Positions 1-11,401 of a DNA stretch of 63,864 bases are shown here, in pieces; the stretch's first letter is position 1; each line of letters starts with the position of its first letter. The DNA is from Rhynchobatus australiae. Lineage: Eukaryota. Made by a program: the position numbers and the translations under genes. The notes below the pieces were generated by a model, which saw only the letters and a program-made list of their open reading frames with translations, had not been told where the DNA came from and did not search any database. The stretch covers positions 27,636,144-27,700,007 of the forward strand of contig JAUZTB010000065.1 of NCBI GenBank assembly GCA_034780895.1. The letters run 5' to 3'.

Positions 1-59
1 CATATTGAAGCCATACTTGCAAGTTATTGACCCAGAACGCATCCGATCACTGTTCAAAT

Positions 60-190
60 GTACAGAGGCTTCCTATCTCCATCACCCTATCAGGTAGTGA
101 ATTCCAGCCCTTAACTCCCTCCTGGTGAAAAAGATTTTCTTCATCTCCCTCTAATCTTTCTATCAATTACTTCACATCTATGCCCCTTTT
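60..190 (-). mobile_element. CR1-type LINE 3' fragment
   Basis: Resembles the reverse complement of the CR1 3' region seen elsewhere in the window (e.g. 3700-3860); degraded. Confidence 0.55.
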
Positions 191-207
191 TCTTTGTTAT
201 TTCCCAG

Positions 208-305
208 CGCAGAGACAAAAACTAATATGTTCCTGTCCCCTGAAGCTATTGAGGCTCAGCAAGTTCAGAACTCAACTGAACAATGATTTACAGCGTCTGC
301 ACAGA
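208..305 (+). other. Candidate exon of an unknown plus-strand gene
   Basis: Strong acceptor ttttctttgttatttcccag at 207 and possible donor AGA|gtgaga at 306. One frame is open (QRQKLICSCPLKLLRLSKFRTQLNNDLQRLHR); another ends at TGA 284-286. No partner exon identified. Confidence 0.25.
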
Positions 306-1143
306 GTGAGACCTGCAGTCTGGCCCTCAAGTCTCCTATGATATATGGCTGTACTCACGCCTTCTGACCAGTTATGCAGACTCTAATGATCCATTTACAA
401 TCTCTTTAATAATATTCCTTCCAGCATCGTCAACAAGAAGAAAGAAACCATTAATCCATTGGGAAACAGGGTCAAAAGTGGATCTGATTGACCACTAAAT
501 AGTAGGTTGGTCTGAATCATTTTATTCAACCAAACTAAGACTGCCTGTTTCTACAAACTCAAAAACGTGTGCCTTAGAGTAAATCAGAAATGTTAACAGT
601 TAAATTGTTGAGGCAGAGGGGTCATTAAATCCTCATGTTCAATATTTAGGCTGCTCTGAGCTGTTGGGTCTGTTCTGACCATATCATAAGAGCTTCTATA
701 ATTGTACATTTTTAAGTGCGGTATGCTGGCATCTGTAAGTGGACTTCAGCTTTCAATTGCCCAAGAGCAGCCCTTTATGAGCAGTTCAAATATTTTCCAG
801 TATGAACTCTTTTAAACAAAATAATGCTTCTTTTTTTGCAGACCAATGGGTATTTAAATATGGAAATGTCTAACCGATGTTGAATATTGCAGGATAACTT
901 TCTGCAGGATAACTTCAAAGGAGCATCTCCTGCTTGAGGAATGAGCCATTGTAGATTATTTTAATGGAGAGTAGCAAGCGGATTCAGGTCTGGTGTTGCA
1001 ATGGGGAGGAGGGTTAAAACTACTGAGCATACATTTGCATCTGGCTTCAACATGACACCTTTTGAGCTTAACTCTGCACATTTGATTAGATGTTCTTCAC
1101 CCCCTCCACTGGTGTGAAGTGATAACTGCATGTATCGCAGCTG

Positions 1144-1420
1144 CAGACTCCTATCATATAACCAATATATCCAACCACAATGTAAGGTTTACGCAGGAGT
1201 ATACCAGATTCCCAGTGAGCTGATGAAATGCTGTCATTCTGTGGCAGTTCACTTTCCCAACTTCTATTGCCTGTGAGTAGACAGACACCTATCATATAAC
1301 CAATATATCCAACCACAATGTAAGGTTTACGTAGGAGTATACCAGATTCCCAGTGAGCTGATGAAATTCTGTCATTCTGTGGCAGTTCACTGTCCCAACT
1401 TCTATTGCCTGTGAGTAGAC
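1144..1420. repeat. 138-bp tandem duplication (2 copies)
   Basis: 1144-1281 and 1282-1419 align with 4 substitutions by eye. Confidence 0.95.
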
Positions 1421-2149
1421 TAGGAAAATGCCCTCTTCAAACTTGGCTAATGGCACACATGAGAAACACATTCAATGAGGCCCAAAAAGGATACTGTAAA
1501 AGCTGTATCATCACTAGAGGGATCATTGACCAAGCCATTAGCATCTCAAAGTAAGATTCTAGAATACCACTGCCTTAAAGATCTATAGACTACAGATTCT
1601 GAATCATGAGGATACCAACAACCTAAAGCAGCTGCTCGGTGGCCAAGGACTCCCCATATATTGGTAAACTTTAATCAGTTACCTTCACTGGACCACCACC
1701 ACAATCACATCCAGAGTTGATTTGATACTTGGCTCAGTTGCCACAGCAGCCGTGGCCCTCAGATAGGTACAAGGTCAGAGTGGAGAATGGAAGGGTAGCA
1801 AAGATATGTTAGGAAAGGCCCTTCATGTATGCTCTTGCTTCTTCTGGCACCATATCAGAGTAAGTTAGAATGAAGAAAGTTATCTTTTAGTTGGTGTCTC
1901 ATTGGGATACAAGAAGAAAAATCTTGAGTAGAGATTAGGCAGGAATTACTTAGGCATTTGCCACCTCAATAGCAAATGCTAGGACACTAACACTTGTTCA
2001 AATGGATGTCAAAATAACCTGATCATATCCTTACACCACGGCACATGACAGAAGTCAGGACAAAGGGTGGATTCTCTGGATAACTTTACTGCTGCCTAGT
2101 CTGGAGTTGCTAGCTAGTCCTTTAGTTGTTGGCTGAGTTTATCTCTTTT

Positions 2150-2960
2150 GTCTTAGGCAGTTACTCAGAGTAGGATGATTTGCTTTCTCTTCAGTTTGCT
2201 TCTACACAAGAAGTTCACAGAAACAAAGTTCATTACAAACTTTTGCAGTGAAGGACTTTTATAGATGGCTGATGTGTGAGTGGCAGACTCTGCCTCTGGG
2301 CAGGAGGTGATGATAGCAGGGGTGGGTGGGTAATTTTGGAAGTCGTGCATGCTTCTGCTGTTTACACTGGGTTCTCAGTGTTATCCCAGATGACCATTTG
2401 AGCAGCCATAAGCCAGGGGTTCCCAAGAGTAAGTGGGAATGTTACTTTTTTTAAAAGGCTTTAAGAGCATTCTTGAATTGTTTCATCTGACCACCTGGTA
2501 TTATCTTGCTGTGATAGAACTCAGAACAGAGCATCTGTTTGAGTAGAGTATCTATTGGGCATATGAATAGAGTATCTATTGGGCATATGAACAGTGTGGC
2601 GCACCCAACACAGCCAGTGAGTGTAATTGGGGTCTTGATGCTGAGGACATTAGCCTGGGAGAGGTCACTAACATTGCTTTGCTTATCCTTCCAGTGGATT
2701 AGGAAGATTTTGAGGAGATAGTGGTGGTATCTTTCCAGTGCTTTCAGCTGGCTGCTTATAGGCTGTCCATACCTCAGAAGCATACAGGAGAGCAGAGATC
2801 ACTGCTGGCTGGTAGATCATGAGCTTTGGGCTGTGTTTGAGGTCCTGAACTTCAAATACACTTTTCCTCAAATGGTGAGAGGGTGTGTTGGAACACTGAT
2901 GGTGGCGTTGGATTTAATCACCAATGTCTGCCTACACTGAAGGATGATTGTCAACCCACT
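2150..2960 (-). mobile_element. RTE-clade (BovB-like) LINE 3' fragment
   Basis: Minus-strand peptides RKSVFEVQDLKHSPKLMIYQPAVISALLYASEVW and LKALERYHH...GGQMKQFKNALKA match the RTE ORF C-terminus. 3' tail at 2150-2187; internal 24-bp tandem at 2544-2591. Confidence 0.85.
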
Positions 2961-3177
2961 GTGATTTTTTTGAAATTCATGTATTTCATATAATCTTATC
3001 GTTCAGCTGATTTAAGTTGGATACAATGGGCTTCTACTGCTGGCAAGACAGATGAATTTAGTGAGGTTGTAACACTGCTGTTACTGATAAAGCATACAGA
3101 AAGTACAGCTAGTCCTTCACTGCAAAAGTTTGCAATGAACTTTGTTTCTGTGAACTTCTTGTGTAGAAGAAAACTGA
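2191..3177. repeat. 67-bp inverted repeat pair (2191-2257 / 3111-3177)
   Basis: 65 of 67 positions are reverse-complement identical by hand alignment. Confidence 0.95.
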
Positions 3178-3537
3178 TGATATTAGCAAGAGGTTATATC
3201 AACTATTGGCATGCTGATGTACTGTTCTGCTGCAGCAACAGTTACAAGATACTGTTCAGTGTTCTTTGCATGCCAAGTTCCCAAGGTATCCTGTGCTAGC
3301 AAACAAAGGCAGTGAATTGAGGCTAATCACTGAAAGTCAAGGGCAGTCTCCATGCAGATCAGGATGATTCCCCACTCTGGGTTATGTTGACTGAAATTGG
3401 CAATTAACGGTTATATCTGGGTCAGAGAGAGGAAACCTTACCAGGATTCCCATGCTATTGCTTCACAATGATTTACACATGAATATTACCTAGTTGGTGT
3501 CCAACACTGGCAGAACTATAATAACCAATGAATCAGT

Positions 3538-4058
3538 ACATAGAACAGTGCAGTACAGGAACTTCTGCCTACAATGTCTGTGCTGAACATGATGCCAAAT
3601 TAAACTAAATATCTTCTGTCTGCACATGATCCATATCCGTCCATTCCCTGCACATTCATTTGCCAGTCTAAGAGCCTCTTAAATACCACTATCATATCTG
3701 CTTCCACCACTACCCCTGGTACCTACCCCAGGCACCTACCACTGTCTGTGTAACACTGTCTCCACACATCACCTTTAAACTGACCCCCCCCCCATCTTAA
3801 ATGCATGTCCTCCAGTATTTGACATTTCTACCCTGGGAAAAAGGCTCTTCTATCATCTCTATGCCTCTCACAATTTTATAAACNNNNNNNNNNNNNNNNN
3901 NNNNNNNNNNNNNNNNNNNNNNNNNNNNNNNNNNNNNNNNNNNNNNNNNNNNNNTCTCCTTGTGCGCATGTCCTCTAATCCAGGCAGCATCCTGGTAAAC
4001 CTCTTCTGTGTCCTTTCCAAAGCCTCCACATCTTTCCTGTAATGGGGTGACCAGAGCT
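3538..4058 (-). mobile_element. CR1/HER1-type LINE 3' end
   Basis: Minus strand encodes VYKIVRGI and a DVEALER/FTRMLPG-like stretch; 3' tail ...ctgtactgcactgttctatg. Confidence 0.85.
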
Positions 4059-4632
4059 AGAAAATTATTCAGAAAATGCAGAATTTCCCACTGCATTTCA
4101 CTGATTTCTGTTGTACAAATAAAGAGAAATACAAAGTGAATAATAAAGGTTATAAGGTAACATCTTGTAGAGACCAAACACTGGTACAAAGTTACTGCAG
4201 TCCACTTTCCTATGTTCACCATGGCTGATGCATTAGAAGCCTTCTCTCTGTATTTTCTGTGAGGCAAGTCTNNNNNNNNNNCTTAGTGGCTGTGGGTCCA
4301 TAGTATGAAAGCACCATCAGTGGGAAAAAATAAATTTTAAGAATTGCTATTTTGTGGTGTGTAAAAAGTGGTTGAAATTACAAACAGCCATACAACAAGG
4401 CCCCAAGTTAAGATCAGTGAAGGAAGCGGTGTTTGCTTTTGCTCTAGAGTCATTCAAAACTAGTCTCATGGGTCTGACCTTACCCATTAAACACAAGTCT
4501 TTCTTTGTTTCAAAGCCCTGAATCATCCTCTACTTCAAATGATTACCTACTTTATCATGAGAATATGCAATGGTCTCTTTCTCCAGCTCCTCCCTGCTCA
4601 ATCAACTCTGTTCCCAAAGGAAACTCTCTGAC

Positions 4633-4672
4633 CTCCATTCTGCAGAATCACACCCAACTCCATCCAAAGTGA
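4633..4672 (-). other. Candidate distal exon of the minus-strand gene
   Basis: Acceptor ttcattctatttccag, donor GAG|gtcaga. 40 nt; phase 1-2 reading (V)TLDGVGCDSAEW. Confidence 0.25.
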
Positions 4673-5437
4673 CTGGAAATAGAATGAATTGTGTGCAGTG
4701 ATGTACATTTTACTCAATATAGTTTTTATGTAAAAGGAAAACAATAAATTATTGTGGTTTTCAATTAATTTTATCTTTGAATTCTGATTCAATATTAATT
4801 TAAAATCTTACTTACCTAAAATGATGCTTTATTTAAGATGACAGAAAGTGATAGTTGTTTCACTGGGTCCAACTATTTTCTTTCCCATTCTAGTTGCTGT
4901 TAACTACCATAATACTGCACGTTAGCTCTTACTGCTGAACTAAATGGTTTGATCTGTTATATTACTACACTGACTTGCATCAGTTGTAATATAGAAAACA
5001 TTTATCTGTATGGTCTTTATAACCGGGGGCATTTCAAAATGGCCTGACAATTTAATTAAACTACTCTAACACTGAATTGAAAGATTATGTTATTGCTGTG
5101 CAGAAAACATGGAATTAGTTACTATAACTTTAACCGCAAGGTTGCTTAACTACCGCTCTGGTAAAGCACTCCTCAGTTGGTGTTTGTGATCTGCCTATCC
5201 CTGAGATATTTTGGTAATTGCTTATTTTGATGTTTAAGGTAGACAAACTAAATTGTTAACTGTCTCCAGTAAGGAGTACGTTATTGACTACTTTAAAATC
5301 TTTGTTTAATTATGTGCACATCCCGAGGACTTCCCATGAGGTGACAGATGTTAATTTAGAACTTCAAAATTGTAGACAATTATTTATGATTATTGAAAAA
5401 ACCTAAGCAATGGGATAATGCAGAACATGCTGAAAGA

Positions 5438-5820
5438 CATGGATTTACAGAGCACCCCACATGATCTCAGGATGCCCCAAAGTACTTCAGTGCCTCTGTA
5501 GTGTAGTCATTGTTGTGATTTAAGAAATGTGATAGCCTATATCCATACACCAAGGCCCAATGAGCAACAGCATGATAAAAATAAAGAAATCTGTTTTTAT
5601 AGTTTTGGTTAAGGGATAAACGTTGGCCACAAATGAGAGCTCCTCTGCTCGTAAATAGAGTCACATGATACTTTAGGGTCTCTTGAGAGGGCAGACAAGG
5701 TCAGGGTTCAATGCCTTCACTGAAAGCAGTTTCTCTGATGCTGCAGCACTCCCTCTGCATCAGAGTCTGCACCAAAAGTTCTAGGGAACATCAGCCAAGA
5801 TTTCTGTGCTGAATTCTGGC
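5438..5820 (-). mobile_element. SacSINE1/DeuSINE-like SINE
   Basis: Reverse complement contains gagggagtgctgcagcatcagag...gtctgccctctcaagag...tttatcccttaacc...aagtactttggggcatcctgag, resembling the Deu domain and L2-like tail as I recall them. Confidence 0.7.
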
Positions 5821-6861
5821 TAGCTCTTTGATACTGCAATTACTAAAGAGAAAAAAAATTCAAGACAAATCAAAGTGGTTAGGTAATATCAATGATGAGG
5901 ATGGCAGCAAAAAGAGACCTGTGAAAGTGGAAAGGAGCTCCTCACAGCACCAGTTACAGTGAAAAAGTGGCCAGGAACTTGTACTGCACCAGTATACGTG
6001 TGCTGCATGGTTATTGCACATTGTGCTAATGACCTTCTCAGTCATGGGCCTGCTGCTGCAATCTTCTGCAGCACCTGACAGGCCATTGGAAAGATAAAGC
6101 TAGGGGATGTGGTTGCAGTGAAGGGAGCAGGTTGGGTGATCGGGTGGGTGTATTATGGTGAGTGATTAGAGAAAGGTTCCGTTGAGGCGTGGGTGGGGAT
6201 GAGGAGAGGTTGGGTGATGAGTGACCAGGAAGTGTCTTCAGTGATCGAATAAGCTTCCAGTTGGGGAGACCGGTGATCAGAGTCGGGCCTGAAGGATTGC
6301 TGATCAGAATCAAAGCCAGGACAGTGGCAGGGTGGAGAAGGCCTGGTTGAGGTTTTGGGGGGAGAGGTAGTGATTGAAGAAGAAATAAGGAGCATTGATG
6401 CTATGATCAGGTTGGGGCCCAAAGGTTTGGGGTGCCTTGGTTTGTTTATCAATTAAAGGCCAATGTATGGTGGGGGGAAGGTCTGGGAGATATATTTAGT
6501 AATGAGGATCAGGATCATGGCCAGGGAGTCAATAATCAGAATATGGTAAGGGGAATGTGGAAACTGAGGCCTCAATCAAGGGCTGGGGAACTGAATGGTC
6601 ATGGAACCAGGGAACTGCTGGATTGGGGAAGCCTCATCAGATTGGAGCATCAGGGACCAGGTTGACTGGGGTTTGGATGCAGAATCACCTAGCTGGGAGT
6701 GGGGGGAAGTGAGAGAAAGAGACGATTAAGTGGGTGAGTAGAGAATCGGTGGCATCGTTGGGGTTCTGTACAATTGAAAGTAACAATAGAACACAACCAG
6801 TGGGTGCCCGCCCAGCGCTGTACTATGAAATACTATGGTCCAGAGAGTGGCCAACAATGGT

Positions 6862-7250
6862 TTCTTGGTATTGGTATTGATTTATTATTGCCACTTGTAA
6901 TGAGGTACAGTGAAAAACTTGACTTGCAAACTGATCATACAGGTCAATTCATTACACAGAGCAGTTACATTGAGTTAGTACAGAGTGCATTGATGTAGTA
7001 CAGGTAAAAACAATAACAGTACAGNNNNNNNNNNNNNNNNNNNNNNNNNNNNNNNNNNNNNNNNNNNNNNNNNNNNNNNNNNNNNNNNNNNNNNNNNNNN
7101 NNNNNNNNNNNNNNNNNNNNNNNNCACAACTCTCTGCAGTTTCTTGCGGTCCTGGGCAGAGCAGTTGCCATACCAAGCCTTGATACAACCAGATAGGATG
7201 CTTTCTATTGTGCATTGGTAAAAGTTGGTGAGAGTCAAAGGGGACAGATC
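6862..7250 (-). mobile_element. Rex1/Babar-like LINE 3' end
   Basis: Peptide LTLTNFYQCTIESILSGCIKAWYGNCSAQDRKKLQRVV; tail aataaatcaataccaatacc. Confidence 0.85.
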
Positions 7251-9299
7251 TTCCAGAACAGCCTGTACTAACTTCTCCAGCAAAGCTCCACTCATGCATT
7301 GAAGGGATTTAAATCAGCTCAATTTTCAGGACTATCATTTTGCTCATTTGATGCATGTCTGGTGCTGAAATCACTGCAAGCAAGCGGGACTCATGTCCGG
7401 AAATTCCTGGCTAAATTTCTGGACTAATGCAAAAAAGCCCTGAAATGGTCACTCTACATACGTTGAAAATGGGCTTTGACCAGAATGAAACCAGTCAAAT
7501 TTCTAAGCTAAAATATTGCAAGAGATAATTAGGAAAGTACTGTTTATACCATTTTTCTAAACTGAACCTTCCATGAATGTGAAAGTGAGAAACACTGACA
7601 ATATCAGAGAAGTGTAATAACAATTGACAGTCAGAAGGAGATGGATCAGAAAAAAATGCTGAAAGCTAGGGCTGAGTGAATGGACTGTAAATAAAAACGT
7701 TTGAAACACTAGACTGAGATAGCCCATCCTCCAAAATGTGAACACTTTTCATACTTGTAACAAAATGGATTGGCTAGGGAATAAGATTTGTAGTGAATGC
7801 AGGGAAAACTAAAAAAGAGTTCAGTGTGTGCATCAAGGGATTTAAATGAGCTTAATTTTCAGGGCTTTCATCTTGCTAGTGCAATGGGAAATGCCTGATT
7901 TTTCTTGCTTTGGTAGTGTGCAAACTAAATTAGCACAGATCAGAAACAATCATGAATACAATCCTGATTCTTGTACAGTTTTGGCTTTTCAATTCAGCAA
8001 TGTAAGTTTGTCACTGTGGGGGATATGGAAGATTTTCAGTACTAATCAGTGTGAGATGCATTGTGGAAATGGTTTCCAGTACTTTACTCCAAAAAGATTC
8101 TTTAACTCCAGCTGTAAAGAACTCAGTGAATATAGAGTCATTAAGTTATACAGCATGGAAACAGGCCCTTCAGCNNNNNNNNNNNNNNNNNNNNNNNNNN
8201 NNNNNNNNNNNNNNNNNNNNNNNNNNNNNNNNNNNNNNNNNNNNNNNNNNCTCTCATTTTCCACACTGACCTCTCTTGGTGAATTTGTTGTGTGAAAGTT
8301 CCAGTTTAATAGTGTTCACTGCTGCAGCATTGGTTTATTGTTGCTGGCCTTTGTTTATGAAGAACTGAATAGATCATGCCCCAAATCATTTCTGATGTAA
8401 TGCTTGCAGCCAGGAGAGAGGTTATGGTCTGGTTTCCCCCTGTATGGTGACAGGATGAGATAGATGGCCAGACCTTGCCCAGACCCAGTCTCTGGAGTCA
8501 GAATAGTTTGCATTTTGGGAAGCAAGAATGAGAGTCACAGATGGTACCATGGAGTATCTGCCTTATTTGGGGTGGAATGTAAATTGTTGCAACTGCTTGT
8601 TGCAAGGAGAAAGACCAAGCATCCTGACCACAGAGAGAAAAGTTTTTTAACAAAACTACATCATTAAATGTTAGAACTTAACAATGTCCTGAAGTCAGAA
8701 GATGCTGAAGCTTTGGTCACCCAATGGCACATCACCCATCCAAAAATGGATGCATAGAGTCGGCAATCACAATGTGGGGCAATGAAGACCTCAGATTGCA
8801 ATCGTTTCTTTCTTCTACCCATGATATTACGCAATTGGAGATGGTAAAGGAATAGAGAACTCCAACCTTATTAGTCTCAGCTGAAATTAAACTGAGCTTT
8901 AAGAGTGAAAGGATGTGTTGTCTCTTTGGTCCAACAAGCTCTCATTGCAATTACAATCTAACCAAGATAAGGATTCCTTTTAAAAAAGCTTTGGCAGAAT
9001 GGAGTATAATTCTACTTTATCAATCCATGTGCATATTAAGAGATTGATGTGGGATATGCGATGTGTTCAGAAACAACACAAGGACTCTCTCAATGACCTT
9101 GTGTCCAGATGAATCATAGGCACACAATGTATGCTCAGAGAACTGTTTTGGCAATGATACAAATTTTCATGGAACATCAGAAGAATAAAATATGTAATCT
9201 CTGAGTAAACCCATATCCTCATAGAAGAGTTCTTGTTCTCTTTATCAAACTATGGGCAAGTAAAGTAAAAAAAGCATCTGGTTAATGCAAATCAAAATG

Positions 9300-10830
9300 T
9301 GTGTGAATGTACCCAATATGTCTTCTGATTTAACCTACCATGGTGGAGATTTATGCTCCTGCTAAAAATGTTCATCACAGCTTAGAGTGGAAACATAACC
9401 TTGTTCATCATTTTGGGGCATATGATGAAGATGTCACTCTGTCTGTGAGCCAGCCTGGGGGAGAGATACTGGAGGAGAAAGACTCAGCAGGGGATTGAGA
9501 GTGCTTAAAAGCAGGGCATATAACACTCCCATTGAAGATGGAGAATTGGTAGGATGGACATGCCTTCCAAAATGGGGTTTGTAGTTGAATACAGATGCTC
9601 TAGATCACCAACAGCATAGTCCAAGTTAATGGATGGGAGATATGTTCTTTGGCAATTGGCCTGACTGATCCTTTGTTCCCTTTGCCAGTTACCTCATGGT
9701 ACTGGGAATATGGTTCAGAGGACCTGGGTATGTGCAAAGAATTACATGAAGAACATAGCCAAGGTGAAACAGGAACTGGGAATGTAAAAATAGCACTCCC
9801 TTTTGAGCCTGGTCATCAAATGTGAAGTGGTCTTGGTGTTGCTACATGTGGCACAGTTGTGGCTCACTTGCCATTACTGAGCTGCAGCAGTCACCTAGAT
9901 CATCTTCCATTTGACCTGGAGACTCAAAATGGATCATGTCCACAGGGATGTGATGCATAAATCTCCAGAGAAAGGGTGAAAAATATTCCCAACATGACCA
10001 TCAACCTGATTGCCCCCTTTGTGAGTAGCTGCACCAAACTTTGCATAGACCCTGGGTACGCAAGCACCCAGTGCCACTGCATAATGAGGTTCTACCTGTC
10101 CCCACTGTTGTAAAGGATGGGCCTGGCCATATTTCTGTGGAAAGTTTCTTTTAGTTGGACTGTGGAGTACCACCCATCCCTTGTAGAAAAACGTATACAG
10201 AAGAACACCATTGACCATAAGTTAGTCAGGCAGTGATATGGACAAAATGACCTTGAGGTCCTGGAATAAAAGGGAAGGGTAGATCCTGTCAGATGCTTTT
10301 CCAAGCAGTTAAAATCATTTGGCAGAGTGCCTTATTACCAAAACTTCCAAAAACACACCAAGACCTTGCTTGACCTGTGAGGAGAGACTCCTCCCCATTA
10401 GATTCTTCATACACAGCAGGAGTCTCAACACCACTGCATGCTGACTTTGAGGTGGCTGCAGTGGGAATGAAACTGTCATCCATCTCCCTCCAGGATGTAC
10501 ATTTGTCAAGAAGGTCTGGAAAAGACTGCAGTGGTCTTTGTCAAGGTTCAACTCATACAGCTGGAAAAAAACAGGACCCCATGCTTTACAAGCTGTTTCC
10601 ATGGATGCAAACTGAAGCCAACATTGAATGCTGCTGGACAATCATCAATGATGTAAGGCACAGTTTGGTCTGTCTGACCTTTGCAGGTCTTCTCATGAAA
10701 GGAGCTCTCTAGAACTGAGCATTGCATCCTGCCACATTCCAAGGTGCATGATTCTGTGCTGAAGTTTGGTGCAACCTCTGCAAAGGCTCAATGGGAAAAG
10801 GCCACAATTTAGAGACCTCCCACCACTGGA
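9300..10830 (+). mobile_element. Degraded Tx1/L1-group LINE ORF2 3' half
   Basis: Frameshifted peptides FFGNWPD*SFVPF, YLMVLGIWF, IAKVKQELG, LVIKCEVVLVLLHVAQLW, IFHLTWRLKMDHVHRDVMHKSPEKG*KNIPN, RFYLSPL. Confidence 0.75.
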
Positions 10831-11023
10831 AGCTAAGAGCATGGAACATGTGTGAAAACTTCTCAAATGTATCTAAAATGTGTAAAAACCTCTCAAATTC
10901 ATTGCTTATGAAATGTTAGGGAAAGAAATATTGATGCCATATTGACATAATGCATCTTACAAGTAAATGTAATGATAGACTAGGAACAGAGAATGAAGAC
11001 AAATGAATATTTGCATGAATCAA

Positions 11024-11401
11024 CTAGTTTGCCTCCACTCATGTTTCTACATTTTTTACCTAAAAATAATTCATTCATAATATTTGAACATGTACAATAA
11101 GGGACATCCATTGAAGACAAAAGATACTGCAGATGCTGGAATGTGGAACAAAAACAGAATGCTGGATCTTGCACTAGGCTTTGGGTCCTTACCCGAAACT
11201 TCATCTGATACCTTTTGCCTCCATTGATGCTGCTTGACTTGCTGAGTTCTTCCAGCATTCTGTTTTTAGTTCCAGTTTCCATCATCTGCAGTCTCTTTTG
11301 TTTTCTGCAAATGCCCCGTGTTGTACATTTTAAAATTTTATGAATTAAGTATATTTTTGGGTGAAAAGAAATTGCTAGAAACATGAGTGGAGGCAAACTA
11401 G
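11024..11401. mobile_element. Palindromic Penelope-like pLTR pair with inverted flanks
   Basis: Inverted pLTR ends at 11116-11170 and 11225-11301 (ctgcagatgctgga / tccagcattctgttttt...atctgcag). Outer arms 11024-11108 and 11311-11401 are also inverted copies. Confidence 0.8.

Noticed and set aside
359-494. Minus-strand exon-like segment with a gtgagt donor (WSIRSTFDPVSQWINGFFLLVDDAGR...)
   Set aside because: Weak acceptor, no frame reads through without a stop, and no link to the other exons.
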